From IMG/VR virus record IMGVR_UViG_3300045988_116279, positions 1 to 39,936 of that record: a DNA stretch of 39,936 nucleotides; one strand, given 5' to 3'. Of the stretch, positions 9,832 through 18,303 are shown piece after piece; the stretch's first letter is position 1, and each line of letters starts with the position of its first letter. The notes under the pieces were generated by a model. It was not told the origin of the DNA. It worked only from the letters and a program-made list of their open reading frames with translations, and did not search any database. The position numbers and the translations under genes are program-made. The DNA is from a virus.

Positions 9832-10821
9832 TTATTTTTTAAATTTAGCAAGTACTATTTTAGCATCGTTAGTTTTAGCTACTCCGTAATATTTAGCTAC
9901 TGTAATATCATGTATTTGTTTTTTAGGGAACCATTCCGGATCACAAGAAGTATCTTTTTTAAGGAAGATTGTTATTGCTGGTAATTCATCTTCTGTATAT
10001 TCTGTTTCAGGACTATCTGGCTCCATTTTTAATATTGGATTTAAATAGTATTGATTAGCTGCTGCCACTGCATTAACTTTATCGCCTACTTTTAAAGTAG
10101 AACCATCTAAAGTTTTCTTTTTATATTCTGCTAAGTTACTTGATGATATTTCAACTGTACCGCTATCATTTTTTTCCGCTTGAACTAACATAACTTTTTT
10201 AGATTTTTTAACCCAGCAACCAGCTATTTTACCTATAGCTCCATTTACTGCTACTCCAGCAGTGAATTTATCAGCTGATAAGAAGTTAGAATCTTTTAAT
10301 AGAGTTGCTTCTTGTTTTGGATGTATAAACATAACCTTTTCTATTCCATCTTCTTCATCTTCGAATTGTGTTACTGCATCAACTATACCACTGTAAGATA
10401 TTACTGCTAATGTATCTCCAGCTACTCTATTAGTTCCAGTATAAGCAGCATCTAATACATCATTATCAACTTTTTGTGCTATAGATTTTGCTAATTGTGT
10501 TTCAGCTTGTGCTACTGGATTACCTAATCCACTATTAATAGATTCTTGAGTTATAGATACAGCTTTCATAGCTTTTTTTATTGTAAAAGTAGTTGACCCA
10601 GCTTTTAATCCTACTGTTCCGACTTCTTCGCCTTCAGCTACATCTTCTGCATCTCCTATGTATTCCCAACTTGGTGTTGTTTTTGTATCCCCTGGAACAC
10701 CTTGTAATGTTGTATCAACTTTTGCATATGGTGTTATTTTGCAAAGTGCTTCCACTTTTGCCCCTATTACTGGTCCCATAACCTCTGGATTTATAATATC
10801 TGCTAATTTTGTTGTTGCCAT
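9832..10821 (-). CDS. Major capsid protein
   Basis: 329 aa, preceded by the scaffold gene. The N-terminus is MATTKLADIINPEVM.... The position is the one expected for the capsid gene. Confidence 0.8.
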   Translation of the reverse strand: MATTKLADIINPEVMGPVIGAKVEALCKITPYAKVDTTLQGVPGDTKTTPSWEYIGDAEDVAEGEEVGTVGLKAGSTTFTIKKAMKAVSITQESINSGLGNPVAQAETQLAKSIAQKVDNDVLDAAYTGTNRVAGDTLAVISYSGIVDAVTQFEDEEDGIEKVMFIHPKQEATLLKDSNFLSADKFTAGVAVNGAIGKIAGCWVKKSKKVMLVQAEKNDSGTVEISSSNLAEYKKKTLDGSTLKVGDKVNAVAAANQYYLNPILKMEPDSPETEYTEDELPAITIFLKKDTSCDPEWFPKKQIHDITVAKYYGVAKTNDAKIVLAKFKK

Positions 10822-10835
10822 ATATCAATCATCTC

Positions 10836-11459
10836 CTATTCATTCATTATTCGGTTAAATTCCTCTTGATTATTATTGTAGAATTCAACTCTTTTACTAT
10901 AAGGCATTTTTAATATGTCCGCCTTTGTTACTGCTCCAGCGCCTCCACCAACTCGTGGATGATTACCTGTTCCCCCAGTATTACCTGGTGCTGGATTTGA
11001 TGTATCAAATAAATATCCATCACTTTCCTTTAATGCAGTTAATTGCCCTTCTAAGCCTTCTAATTTACCTTCATTAAATTTTATATTGTCTAAATCAAGT
11101 AAAGCTTTTAAAGCCTTAGCATTCTTACATTTATTGTCTTTTAATGCACTGTCTAATGCATAATTAAAATCCTTTTGTGCTGATTCTTTTTTCAGATTTT
11201 CTATTGTAGCTTCATGATCTTGTATTGTTTGTTGCAATGCTTCATTGTCTTTATTATTTTTCTTCAACTCTGTTATAGTTGTATTTGCAGCTTTTATTTG
11301 TTCATCTAAATCAGCCTTTTGACCTTTTAATTTCGTATATCTTTCATCTGCATTTTCTAAAGATGTAGTATATATTTTTTCTTCTTTCATCTTTGCAGTA
11401 ATGTTATTTATTTGTTCATCTGTTAAGCTTTGTGCTTTTAATAATTCTTTAAATTCCAT
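10836..11459 (-). CDS. Scaffolding protein
   Basis: 207 aa. It is strongly coiled-coil and charged, with a Gly-rich segment near the C-terminus, and sits directly upstream of the capsid gene. Confidence 0.75.
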   Translation of the reverse strand: MEFKELLKAQSLTDEQINNITAKMKEEKIYTTSLENADERYTKLKGQKADLDEQIKAANTTITELKKNNKDNEALQQTIQDHEATIENLKKESAQKDFNYALDSALKDNKCKNAKALKALLDLDNIKFNEGKLEGLEGQLTALKESDGYLFDTSNPAPGNTGGTGNHPRVGGGAGAVTKADILKMPYSKRVEFYNNNQEEFNRIMNE

Positions 11460-11562
11460 ATTTCCTCCTATATTTACACTTTTTACAAGTCCGTTTCTTG
11501 AATATAGTTTTTAGTTTATTCTTTTACGTCTACAAACTAAAAAAAGACATAAAAATAAGGCT

Positions 11563-11709
11563 TTACAGCCATTTACATCTTTTCTTATACTTCTTATAGT
11601 ATTTTTCATAGTAAGTTGATTTCTCACCTAACATTGCTAAGTCAAATAAGATGCTTGGACTTGTAACCCAGCCCATTTTTACCCCTATTTTAAACAATAA
11701 ATCTCTCAT
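11563..11709 (-). CDS. Small ORF (48 aa), hypothetical
   Basis: Hand translation gives MRDLLFKIGVKMGWVTSPSILFDLAMLGEKSTYYEKYYKKYKKRCKWL. Its ATG overlaps the TGA that ends the extension frame of the minor head gene (ATATGAG). It falls below the track length cutoff. Confidence 0.35.
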   Translation of the reverse strand: MRDLLFKIGVKMGWVTSPSILFDLAMLGEKSTYYEKYYKKYKKRCKWL

Positions 11710-11843
11710 ATTTTAACCTTCCATGCTTCAAACCATTTATCAAGCTTTTCATTTTTATCACCATTAACCCAGCCTTTTAACTCTCTAGCTATATCTTCTA
11801 AATCATCTTCTATGACTGGTAATAGTGTACATCGTCCTAATGG
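11709..11843 (-). other. 45-codon in-frame open extension downstream of the TGA of the minor head protein. It has no start codon of its own
   Basis: Hand translation after TGA 11846-11844 gives PLGRCTLLPVIEDDLEDIARELKGWVNGDKNEKLDKWFEAWKVKI, then TGA at 11708-11706. It contains the RCT..P half of the family C-terminal motif. Confidence 0.5.
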
Positions 11844-12611
11844 TCACGGATGGTCGAGTGGAATATCCTCGACCTTAAACCTCTTTCCGTTTCGTTCTTT
11901 ACATAAATCGCATACATTATTGTCTGTTCCGCTTAGCCATTCAACTTTTTCTACAAATGGATTATGCTTAGCACTTTGCCTTGTTGCTTCTTGGTATGCA
12001 TGATTTATATATGTATTTGCTAATCTATATGAATTAAATTCAACCTTGTTTTTACTTTTAGGATGAATAGTAAACTTTTCGTATTCCTTTAAATAATCTG
12101 GATTACAATAAACCTCTAAGTCTTTAGCTATATCTTTACTGTTTTTACCAGTAATAAAACCATCTGTAAGTATATCGTTTATTGTTTTTACAGTCTTGTT
12201 GTGATTGCTCCAAAGTCTGTCAGAAAGTTTTATGTTATCTCCATACATTTTGCCTGTAATAACATTGTCTAAAACTTGCTTATTCACTTTAATAAACATA
12301 TCTTCAAAGCTACTAGAAAGAGGTTTACATAAATCACTGTAAAACTCTACTTGGCTTTGTGTATAGCCTTCTACGGTGTTTGCTATAGCCTTTTCTATAT
12401 CTTTATTAAGTCTTTTATTTAGTTTCTTATATTCTTTTTCTAGATACTTAGCAGTTTGTCTTAAATAGTCATATGTCATAGTATCTGGATTAACTAGAGC
12501 CAATCTTTTAATTAGATTATTTGCTACTCTCTTATATGCTTTTTTTATTTCTCTAGTCATCTCTTTTTCAGTTTTATTCTTTTGTTTAAAAAAATTATTC
12601 AACTGAATCAC
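11844..12611 (-). CDS. Minor head / head morphogenesis protein (SPP1 gp7 / Mu F family), as delimited by an in-frame TGA
   Basis: 255 aa, downstream of the portal gene. The C-terminus reads ...NVCDLCKERNGKRFKVEDIPLDHP and then stops, in the middle of the family motif. Confidence 0.8.
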   Translation of the reverse strand: MIQLNNFFKQKNKTEKEMTREIKKAYKRVANNLIKRLALVNPDTMTYDYLRQTAKYLEKEYKKLNKRLNKDIEKAIANTVEGYTQSQVEFYSDLCKPLSSSFEDMFIKVNKQVLDNVITGKMYGDNIKLSDRLWSNHNKTVKTINDILTDGFITGKNSKDIAKDLEVYCNPDYLKEYEKFTIHPKSKNKVEFNSYRLANTYINHAYQEATRQSAKHNPFVEKVEWLSGTDNNVCDLCKERNGKRFKVEDIPLDHP

Positions 12612-14019
12612 TCATTCCAGATACATAACTCTCCTCTAGCATTTCTCTTTCTAATGCTATTTGTTTTATTTCAGCATCGGCCACATCATCTGTAACACCT
12701 TGCCATTTCTTGATGAATGTTTTTCTAGACATAGCCTGTGCATTTACCTGTTGCAAGTCTAATGTCTTTTCTTCGTCTTCATCTTCCTGTAAAGGATAGT
12801 TATTTTCTACTGTAACAGTATAATCAAGTTGTGGTAATTTTTCTATTTGATATACTTCTGTAATTTCAAGTATTGCTCTTATTAACCACTCTAAAGCTGG
12901 TCGCCATGCCATCATCTTCTCTTCACATCTAGTAATAAGTTGCCAATACAGTGCTTTCATAGTTTTGCCTGATGTCATCATGCCTTTTAGCTCGTCATTA
13001 CTTAACATTGGTATATTTAGCATCTCGTACATATCTGACTTAATACGTTTTAGAGAATTTTCTATCTTGTCTCCATAATTAAAATCTGTCGGTATTGTAT
13101 CTAGTGTAGCTTGTTTCCCTTCTGCTGTAGGGTCTGTTGGTACGTCCCAAAATGCTCCAGGCTTTAGTTTAAATTTTTCAGATGCTTCTGGGTCTATGTC
13201 GATACCATAAATAATCCTATCCATACCTTTTCTAAGAGTGTCAACATCTTCACTTGATAGTCTATTGTATTGAATCTGATTATCTAGAAGCTCTTTTACG
13301 TCGCTTTCTCCAAATGGGTCTCCAGATAGTCCGTCATTTATTATGACATAGCAAGGGATTCCACTAAGTTGCAAATCTACATCTACATTTATAGGTTCTA
13401 TTAATATGCCATTACCATTATATATACCTTCGTTTAAAATACATCTACCATCTATCATTTCATACTTTTGCTTCCAAATACGTTGCTTGTCTTTTTCAAC
13501 TTCCTTATTTGTCTGATAGAAGAATATTATCTTTTTAAGTTCGTTAGGATTTTCCTCGTCACTCTCGTAGATAAATTCCAAGCTAGGTAAAAACATTATC
13601 CTAATCTCTTTTGTATCTTGGTTAGCATATAATTTAATAGCAGCTCTTTTACCGATAAAGCAGTCTCTAGCACCTTTTACAAGCTTCTCTGAGAATAGAT
13701 TATCTTTTAATATCTTATCTAAATAAAGATTTATTTGTTCAGCTTTATCCTTGTCAGCATCTGTATCATTCTTAGACTTAACATATAGCTCTGGAGTCTT
13801 ACCGAATAAAAATCTAGATTCTTCTTTTATAAGCTTCTTAATCAGATTTGTTCTTTTTTCTGTCTGTGTATAGTCTTTTTCTTCTGTCTTATCTATAAAG
13901 TTTTCTCGACCTTCGTATATGTCATACAGTCTTAGTATATCGTTCATTTCTTGTAATACTGCCGAGCCATACAATCCAGTAAGTTCAGCAGTAACAAACT
14001 CTTGATAACTATTAAGCAT
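12595..14019 (-). CDS. Portal protein (SPP1 Gp6-like)
   Basis: 474 aa, directly after TerL. Size and synteny fit a portal. Confidence 0.85.
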   Translation of the reverse strand: MLNSYQEFVTAELTGLYGSAVLQEMNDILRLYDIYEGRENFIDKTEEKDYTQTEKRTNLIKKLIKEESRFLFGKTPELYVKSKNDTDADKDKAEQINLYLDKILKDNLFSEKLVKGARDCFIGKRAAIKLYANQDTKEIRIMFLPSLEFIYESDEENPNELKKIIFFYQTNKEVEKDKQRIWKQKYEMIDGRCILNEGIYNGNGILIEPINVDVDLQLSGIPCYVIINDGLSGDPFGESDVKELLDNQIQYNRLSSEDVDTLRKGMDRIIYGIDIDPEASEKFKLKPGAFWDVPTDPTAEGKQATLDTIPTDFNYGDKIENSLKRIKSDMYEMLNIPMLSNDELKGMMTSGKTMKALYWQLITRCEEKMMAWRPALEWLIRAILEITEVYQIEKLPQLDYTVTVENNYPLQEDEDEEKTLDLQQVNAQAMSRKTFIKKWQGVTDDVADAEIKQIALEREMLEESYVSGMSDSVE

Positions 14020-14034
14020 TTTGTAACCTCCTTT

Positions 14035-15402
14035 CTATCTACTATTATTTATTCTTACTTTTCTATTTCCAACTACAGTAAAGAAATAATATCTCATTTG
14101 GTCCATACTGTGATCATATTCTTTAACTGGTTTATCTTCTCCAGCTTTACTTGAATCACTATCCCATGAATAAGATGCTATCTCTTTTAATGTTTCAACA
14201 CAATCTTCATCAATTAAAAGTTTATCTTGAACCATAAAGCTAGCAGTAAGTCTTATTCCATCTAATACATCATTTTTAGCTTTTTGAACTCTATATCCCC
14301 TTTTTCTTAATTCAGCAATAAAAGAAGCTGCAGAAGGGTCAACAATTATTCTCTTAACCTTATAATCGCCAATAAACTTTTCTAAATCATCTGCATATTG
14401 TGTATCCGTCTTTTGTATTCCTTTATCTCGACCACTGTAGTAGTATTCCTTAATTAATACATGCTTACCATTTATAGTTTTACCCCATAAGCCAAATACA
14501 GTTGCATTTTGAGTACCATAGTCGCATGATATATAATATTCTTTATATGAAAATTCAGTAGCATCACAAACATGCTTTTCTTTATCAAACATAGAATATA
14601 TAATTCCTTCTGCAACTACCCATAAACCTAAAATATAACGTTTAAAGAATACTCCAGAATACATAGATTTATATCTATTTTTTATCTTCTCAGATAATGA
14701 TAAATTGTCATCCATTGTAAAATGCAAATATAAAATATTCTTTTCTTCTTTTTTATCTATCCAATTAAGTTTAAACCAATGATATGGTCCATCTGGGTTG
14801 CAATTGAAGAAAAATTTACTTCCCTCAACTGAACAACGACCAGTAGCTTGATTTACAAAACTCTCAGGCATCAATGCCACTTCATCGAAGAATACTCCAG
14901 CTAAAGTTATACCTTGTATAAGGTCTTGGCTTCGTTCATCTTTGCCACCAAAGATATAAAAATAATTTGTTTTATCTCCTTTGGTTACAATTAATAAGTT
15001 ATCAGCTCTTTTATCCTCTGTTTTATAACCTCTAGATTTAAGCATTAGCTTCAACCAAAATAAAACATTCCTTCTAAATGAGCCTATCGTCTTACCACAC
15101 ATGCCAAAGTTTTGACCATTGAAGTTTTCCATTGCCCATAAAGAAAAGCTTAATGACATTGAAATAGTTTTACCACTTCTTATAGCTCCGTCAGCTATAA
15201 TTCCATCTTTATCATGTACAGGTGAAGCTGGTAACCACCAAGTCAGCACCTTTTTTTGCTTTTTAGAGAAAGGGCTAAATTTTATAACTGCTTTTTTAAT
15301 GCCTAAGTTTCTAGATGATTTCATTTTGTTAACTTTACTTCTTAAATCTGAAATATGTCTCTTGATATTAATCATCGTTCCATACCTCGTCAACTTGCGC
15401 AT
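14035..15402 (-). CDS. terL: Terminase large subunit (PBSX / terminase_3-like)
   Basis: Walker A ADGAIRSGKT, Walker B GVFFDEV, and a C-terminal nuclease-like DPSAASFIAELRKRGY. The true start is probably the internal ATG at 15375 (MINIK...), which has a GAGG RBS and a small overlap with the TerS stop. Confidence 0.9.
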   Translation of the reverse strand: MRKLTRYGTMINIKRHISDLRSKVNKMKSSRNLGIKKAVIKFSPFSKKQKKVLTWWLPASPVHDKDGIIADGAIRSGKTISMSLSFSLWAMENFNGQNFGMCGKTIGSFRRNVLFWLKLMLKSRGYKTEDKRADNLLIVTKGDKTNYFYIFGGKDERSQDLIQGITLAGVFFDEVALMPESFVNQATGRCSVEGSKFFFNCNPDGPYHWFKLNWIDKKEEKNILYLHFTMDDNLSLSEKIKNRYKSMYSGVFFKRYILGLWVVAEGIIYSMFDKEKHVCDATEFSYKEYYISCDYGTQNATVFGLWGKTINGKHVLIKEYYYSGRDKGIQKTDTQYADDLEKFIGDYKVKRIIVDPSAASFIAELRKRGYRVQKAKNDVLDGIRLTASFMVQDKLLIDEDCVETLKEIASYSWDSDSSKAGEDKPVKEYDHSMDQMRYYFFTVVGNRKVRINNSR

Positions 15403-16132
15403 TTAAAGCTTCTATAAATCCATCATCCTCGACAGGTCCTTCATCTCCACCTTGTTTTAATATAGCAAGTTCAGTTTTCATAACTGCTATATCTAATTTA
15501 GCTTCATCTACATCAAATTTATGTAATAAATCAATAGCTTTTTGTTTTTTCTCTTGCACTCTGGTTAATGCCTCTTCTATATTTTGGATTTGCATTAAAT
15601 TGGATTCAAATTCTTTTAAATCTGTATCTGCATCTCTTTCAATTCCTGTTTTGTAAGATTTTAATGTCATTTCCTTATTTTTCAAAACAGCTATCCTTTT
15701 TAGCATTCTTCTTTCTCTAACTGTTAGTAGTTGAATTTCATGGATTAGTAAATTTCTTTTTTCTATCTCTATGCTATCAACTAATTTAATTTCGTCATCT
15801 TCTAAAGTGTCAAAGAATATACTTTCAAATTCTCCTGTTGTGACCGCGTTTTTATTATTTGGCCTTGCTTGTAAGGGATAAGATTCTTTTTTTAATCTAG
15901 AATTAGCTTTTTTACTAGCTTTCCTAGTTTTTTTTGCATCTATTTTATTTGTTGTACAACTTTGTTCTGATTGTTGTACGACTTTGTTCCATTTATCTCG
16001 ACTTTTCCAAACTGCTATTACTTTTTCATCTTCATTTAGCATACTAGCAATTTCTCTATTAGTTATATTCCCATTATGTTGTTTATATATCTCGAGAGCT
16101 TTGTCTCTACTTGGGCTTCTAGCTCTTGCCAT
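15368..16132 (-). CDS. terS: Terminase small subunit
   Basis: 254 aa. The N-terminus is HTH-like (ALEIYKQHNGNITNREIASMLNEDEKVIAVWKSRDKWN) and a coiled coil follows. It lies upstream of TerL. Confidence 0.75.
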   Translation of the reverse strand: MARARSPSRDKALEIYKQHNGNITNREIASMLNEDEKVIAVWKSRDKWNKVVQQSEQSCTTNKIDAKKTRKASKKANSRLKKESYPLQARPNNKNAVTTGEFESIFFDTLEDDEIKLVDSIEIEKRNLLIHEIQLLTVRERRMLKRIAVLKNKEMTLKSYKTGIERDADTDLKEFESNLMQIQNIEEALTRVQEKKQKAIDLLHKFDVDEAKLDIAVMKTELAILKQGGDEGPVEDDGFIEALNAQVDEVWNDD

Positions 16133-16146
16133 GCATCACCACCTCG

Positions 16147-16404
16147 TTATTTTTCTAATTTATTTATCAATTTATTTCTATATCTATTATCATTCGTTAA
16201 TCTAATAAGACTTTCTATATCTCTTTTACTTAGCTTATCGTCAATCTCTCTTTTTATAGCCATAATAACCAGTATCTTAGCTTTATAAAAATTATTTACA
16301 TGTGTATGTCCGTTTTCAAATTTCTTGTTTGTATTATGTACAACAAATCCGTCACTACATCTATAAATTGAATACTCTTTTCTTTGAAATATTTTTCTAC
16401 TCAT
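16147..16404 (-). CDS. Hypothetical protein, first ORF of the late operon
   Basis: 85-aa ORF with no motif I recognise. Confidence 0.55.
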   Translation of the reverse strand: MSRKIFQRKEYSIYRCSDGFVVHNTNKKFENGHTHVNNFYKAKILVIMAIKREIDDKLSKRDIESLIRLTNDNRYRNKLINKLEK

Positions 16405-16430
16405 TTAGATCAACTCTTTCTTCGCACAAC

Positions 16431-16458
16431 AAAAGGAGCCCATGAAGGGCTCTTTTTT
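16431..16458 (-). terminator. Intrinsic (bidirectional) terminator hairpin, 27 nt upstream of the first late ORF
   Basis: The minus strand reads AAAAAAGAGCCC-ttcat-GGGCTCCTTTTGTTG. The plus strand has the same GAGCCC/GGGCTC stem followed by TTTTTT. Confidence 0.55.
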
Positions 16459-16515
16459 AAATTGAGTATGAGATTGAAATCTGTTTCTGTTGTTGTATGA
16501 TAGTAATTACAATTA

Positions 16516-16615
16516 GCAAGTTGTAGGATTCGAACCTACATCGTTGGGGGCGATTTCCATTACTTGCACGTTGCTGAGGTTTTACCCCCAGCCATTCCTG
16601 TCATAACTAAGTTGC
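16516..16615 (-). ncRNA. tRNA-like element: canonical T-arm plus acceptor-like pairing. It does not fold as a canonical cloverleaf by eye
   Basis: The minus strand carries GTAGG-TTCGAAT-CCTAC (16539-16523) followed by AACTTGC (16522-16516). Candidate 5' partners are GCAACTT (16615-16609, 6/7 pairs) or GCAAGTA (16567-16561, 6/7 pairs). A GGGGG/CCCCC helix lies in between. Confidence 0.35.
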
Positions 16616-16822
16616 ATATATACTTAATACTTAGGGAGGACACAAGTCTGTGCCAAGAAAAAACCAATGTTTTAAAAAACTGTAGCAATTATACTAGTCA
16701 AATAGGTTACCAGGCTATCTGACATTCAATAAGAGTTCGTAAAGAAAAATAAACCTATTCAGATTTAGAAAGATTTATTATTTTCTATAATACAAATATA
16801 CTATAGTTTTCTGTCCAAAAAA

Positions 16823-16872
16823 GGAACTTTTACGGAAATTATGAGGTAACTTTACGGAACTTTTACGGAAAT
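16823..16872 (-). promoter_or_regulatory. Helically phased direct repeats (3x TTCCGTAAA on the minus strand). Candidate late-promoter activator sites or pac-type TerS sites
   Basis: The 17-mer GGAACTTTTACGGAAAT is perfect at 16823-16839 and 16856-16872 (33-nt period). A third TTTACGGAA lies at 16851-16859. Core spacings are 22 and 11 nt. The repeats start at the stop codon of the RinA/ArpU-like gene. Confidence 0.5.
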
Positions 16873-17330
16873 CATATAAGTGATTTTATTTTATTTATTA
16901 TATCGTTTCTCATAACTCTACATTTTTTATCTGAGTAACCTATTTCTTCTCCTACATCTAACCAGCTTGGTGCTTTTTTTCTATTAGAGAAATATCTAAA
17001 GCTAACAAGTCTTTTCTCTTCTTCTTTTAGCAGCTCTAGTGCATTTTCTATTTTTCTAATTTGTCTCTCTTTTTTATGTATCTTATTTTCTATTTCTATT
17101 ATCTGTCTCTCTTTTGCAAGTACTTCATTTTCAACTGTATTGCTTATGTTATTTGTTTGTCCTGTTCTTTCGTCAGCATAGCTAATAGCTTTGCATCCCT
17201 TGTAATCTATTTCTAGATATTCTAAATCTATTTTTAAACTGTTTAGCTCTATTTTCATAGAGTTATAATTATATAATTTTCCTTCTGCATCTGAAAATAT
17301 TTTATCTTTTTCTATCGTTTTACTAGCCAT
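16872..17330 (-). CDS. Late-gene transcriptional activator (RinA/ArpU-type, sigma-70 region-4-like C-terminal HTH)
   Basis: 152 aa with a central coiled coil. The C-terminus reads EEKRLVSFRYFSNRKKAPSWLDVGEEIGYSDKKCRVMRNDIINKIKSLI. It is the last gene before the packaging module. Confidence 0.6.
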   Translation of the reverse strand: MASKTIEKDKIFSDAEGKLYNYNSMKIELNSLKIDLEYLEIDYKGCKAISYADERTGQTNNISNTVENEVLAKERQIIEIENKIHKKERQIRKIENALELLKEEEKRLVSFRYFSNRKKAPSWLDVGEEIGYSDKKCRVMRNDIINKIKSLI

Positions 17331-17370
17331 GCTCCCACACTCCTGTTATAATATTATTAAGGAATTTGTC

Positions 17371-17395
17371 GGAATGTGAAAGCATTCCTTTTTTT
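17371..17395 (+). terminator. Plus-strand-oriented terminator-like hairpin
   Basis: GGAATG-tgaaag-CATTCC followed by 7 T on the plus strand. There is no U-tract in the minus orientation. Confidence 0.4.
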
Positions 17396-17402
17396 ATGTC
17401 AA

Positions 17403-17777
17403 TTATTTGTATTTTATCTCTTTAAGCAATTCAATATGTTGTTTTAATTCTTTTTTGTCATTTCCGTATTTTTTAGGATTAAATTCAAATCTATACCCTA
17501 GTTGTCTTATTATAAATTTTGCATTAAAAATATAAACTGCTTTTTTTAGAAAAGTTTTTATATCATGTAAATCATTATTTCCGTAATCACCTTTTATATT
17601 ATCATGACTTTCTAAAATATTTAGTATCTTAATTACGTACATTTCATTGCACGGTTTTATACCATTATGCATTTGAACAATCCAGTTGCTCATTTTTCTA
17701 AAATCTTTTTCAGCTTCTTTGTATTCTTTTGATAGATATGTGTATCCATTATCTTCTAGCATTGTTCTTAATGACAT
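17403..17777 (-). CDS. Hypothetical protein
   Basis: 124-aa ORF packed within the operon. No recognised motif. Confidence 0.55.
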   Translation of the reverse strand: MSLRTMLEDNGYTYLSKEYKEAEKDFRKMSNWIVQMHNGIKPCNEMYVIKILNILESHDNIKGDYGNNDLHDIKTFLKKAVYIFNAKFIIRQLGYRFEFNPKKYGNDKKELKQHIELLKEIKYK

Positions 17778-17793
17778 ATTTTTACACCTCGTT

Positions 17794-18303
17794 TTATTCT
17801 AATTTGCTATTCAATATGTTAGCCATCTTTGTTATATTTTCTAAATTATCTTCATTTCCTGAAAATAATGGAAGTTCTGTATTTATTTTAAATCCGAATG
17901 GTACTTCGTTAAATCCTGCTGTTAGCATTTTCTTAGCTTGTTCATCTCCAAATAATTCCTTTAATCTGTTATATCCCCATGAATTTCCGTTAAATATATC
18001 TATACAGCAGTCACATAATGTTTGTTTTGCATATTTATAATATTTAACACTAATTGGGTAACCTTCATCACCTTTTTTACCTTCTGTTATTCCACATCTT
18101 TCACATGCTTTTTCATTATTATCTGATATTTCTTTTGGCACTCCTAATTTATCTAATATTTTATTAAAAAATTCTATTTTTTTATTTGCATCTTCTAAAT
18201 CAACATCTTCATCGTTACATAATGATATCCCAATTTTTAAAAGTTCTTCTTTCATTAAAGATATTAAAGTGCTTATTTCTTTATTGTTTAAATTTTTATT
18301 CAT
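17794..18303 (-). CDS. Hypothetical protein with a Cys cluster
   Basis: 169 aa with CERCG...CDCC. Confidence 0.55.
   Translation of the reverse strand: MNKNLNNKEISTLISLMKEELLKIGISLCNDEDVDLEDANKKIEFFNKILDKLGVPKEISDNNEKACERCGITEGKKGDEGYPISVKYYKYAKQTLCDCCIDIFNGNSWGYNRLKELFGDEQAKKMLTAGFNEVPFGFKINTELPLFSGNEDNLENITKMANILNSKLE

Noticed and set aside
11844-11846. Genome-wide TGA reassignment (code 4-like) or selenocysteine
   Set aside because: Only one in-frame TGA exists in about 70 genes, and every other gene closes normally under the standard code. I saw no obvious SECIS-like hairpin directly downstream. TGA scarcity is expected in an AT-rich genome dominated by TAA.
11812-12003. 63-aa plus-strand ORF overlapping the TGA region of the minor head gene
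   Set aside because: It is antisense to a conserved motif-bearing frame and has no RBS. It does not explain the open extension on the minus strand.
16516-16615. Calling a bona fide tRNA (or tmRNA) gene
   Set aside because: Only the T-arm and an imperfect acceptor pairing are present. The element would be about 100 nt, with no foldable D-arm or 7-nt anticodon loop and no tmRNA-like tag reading frame. It is kept as 'tRNA-like' only.
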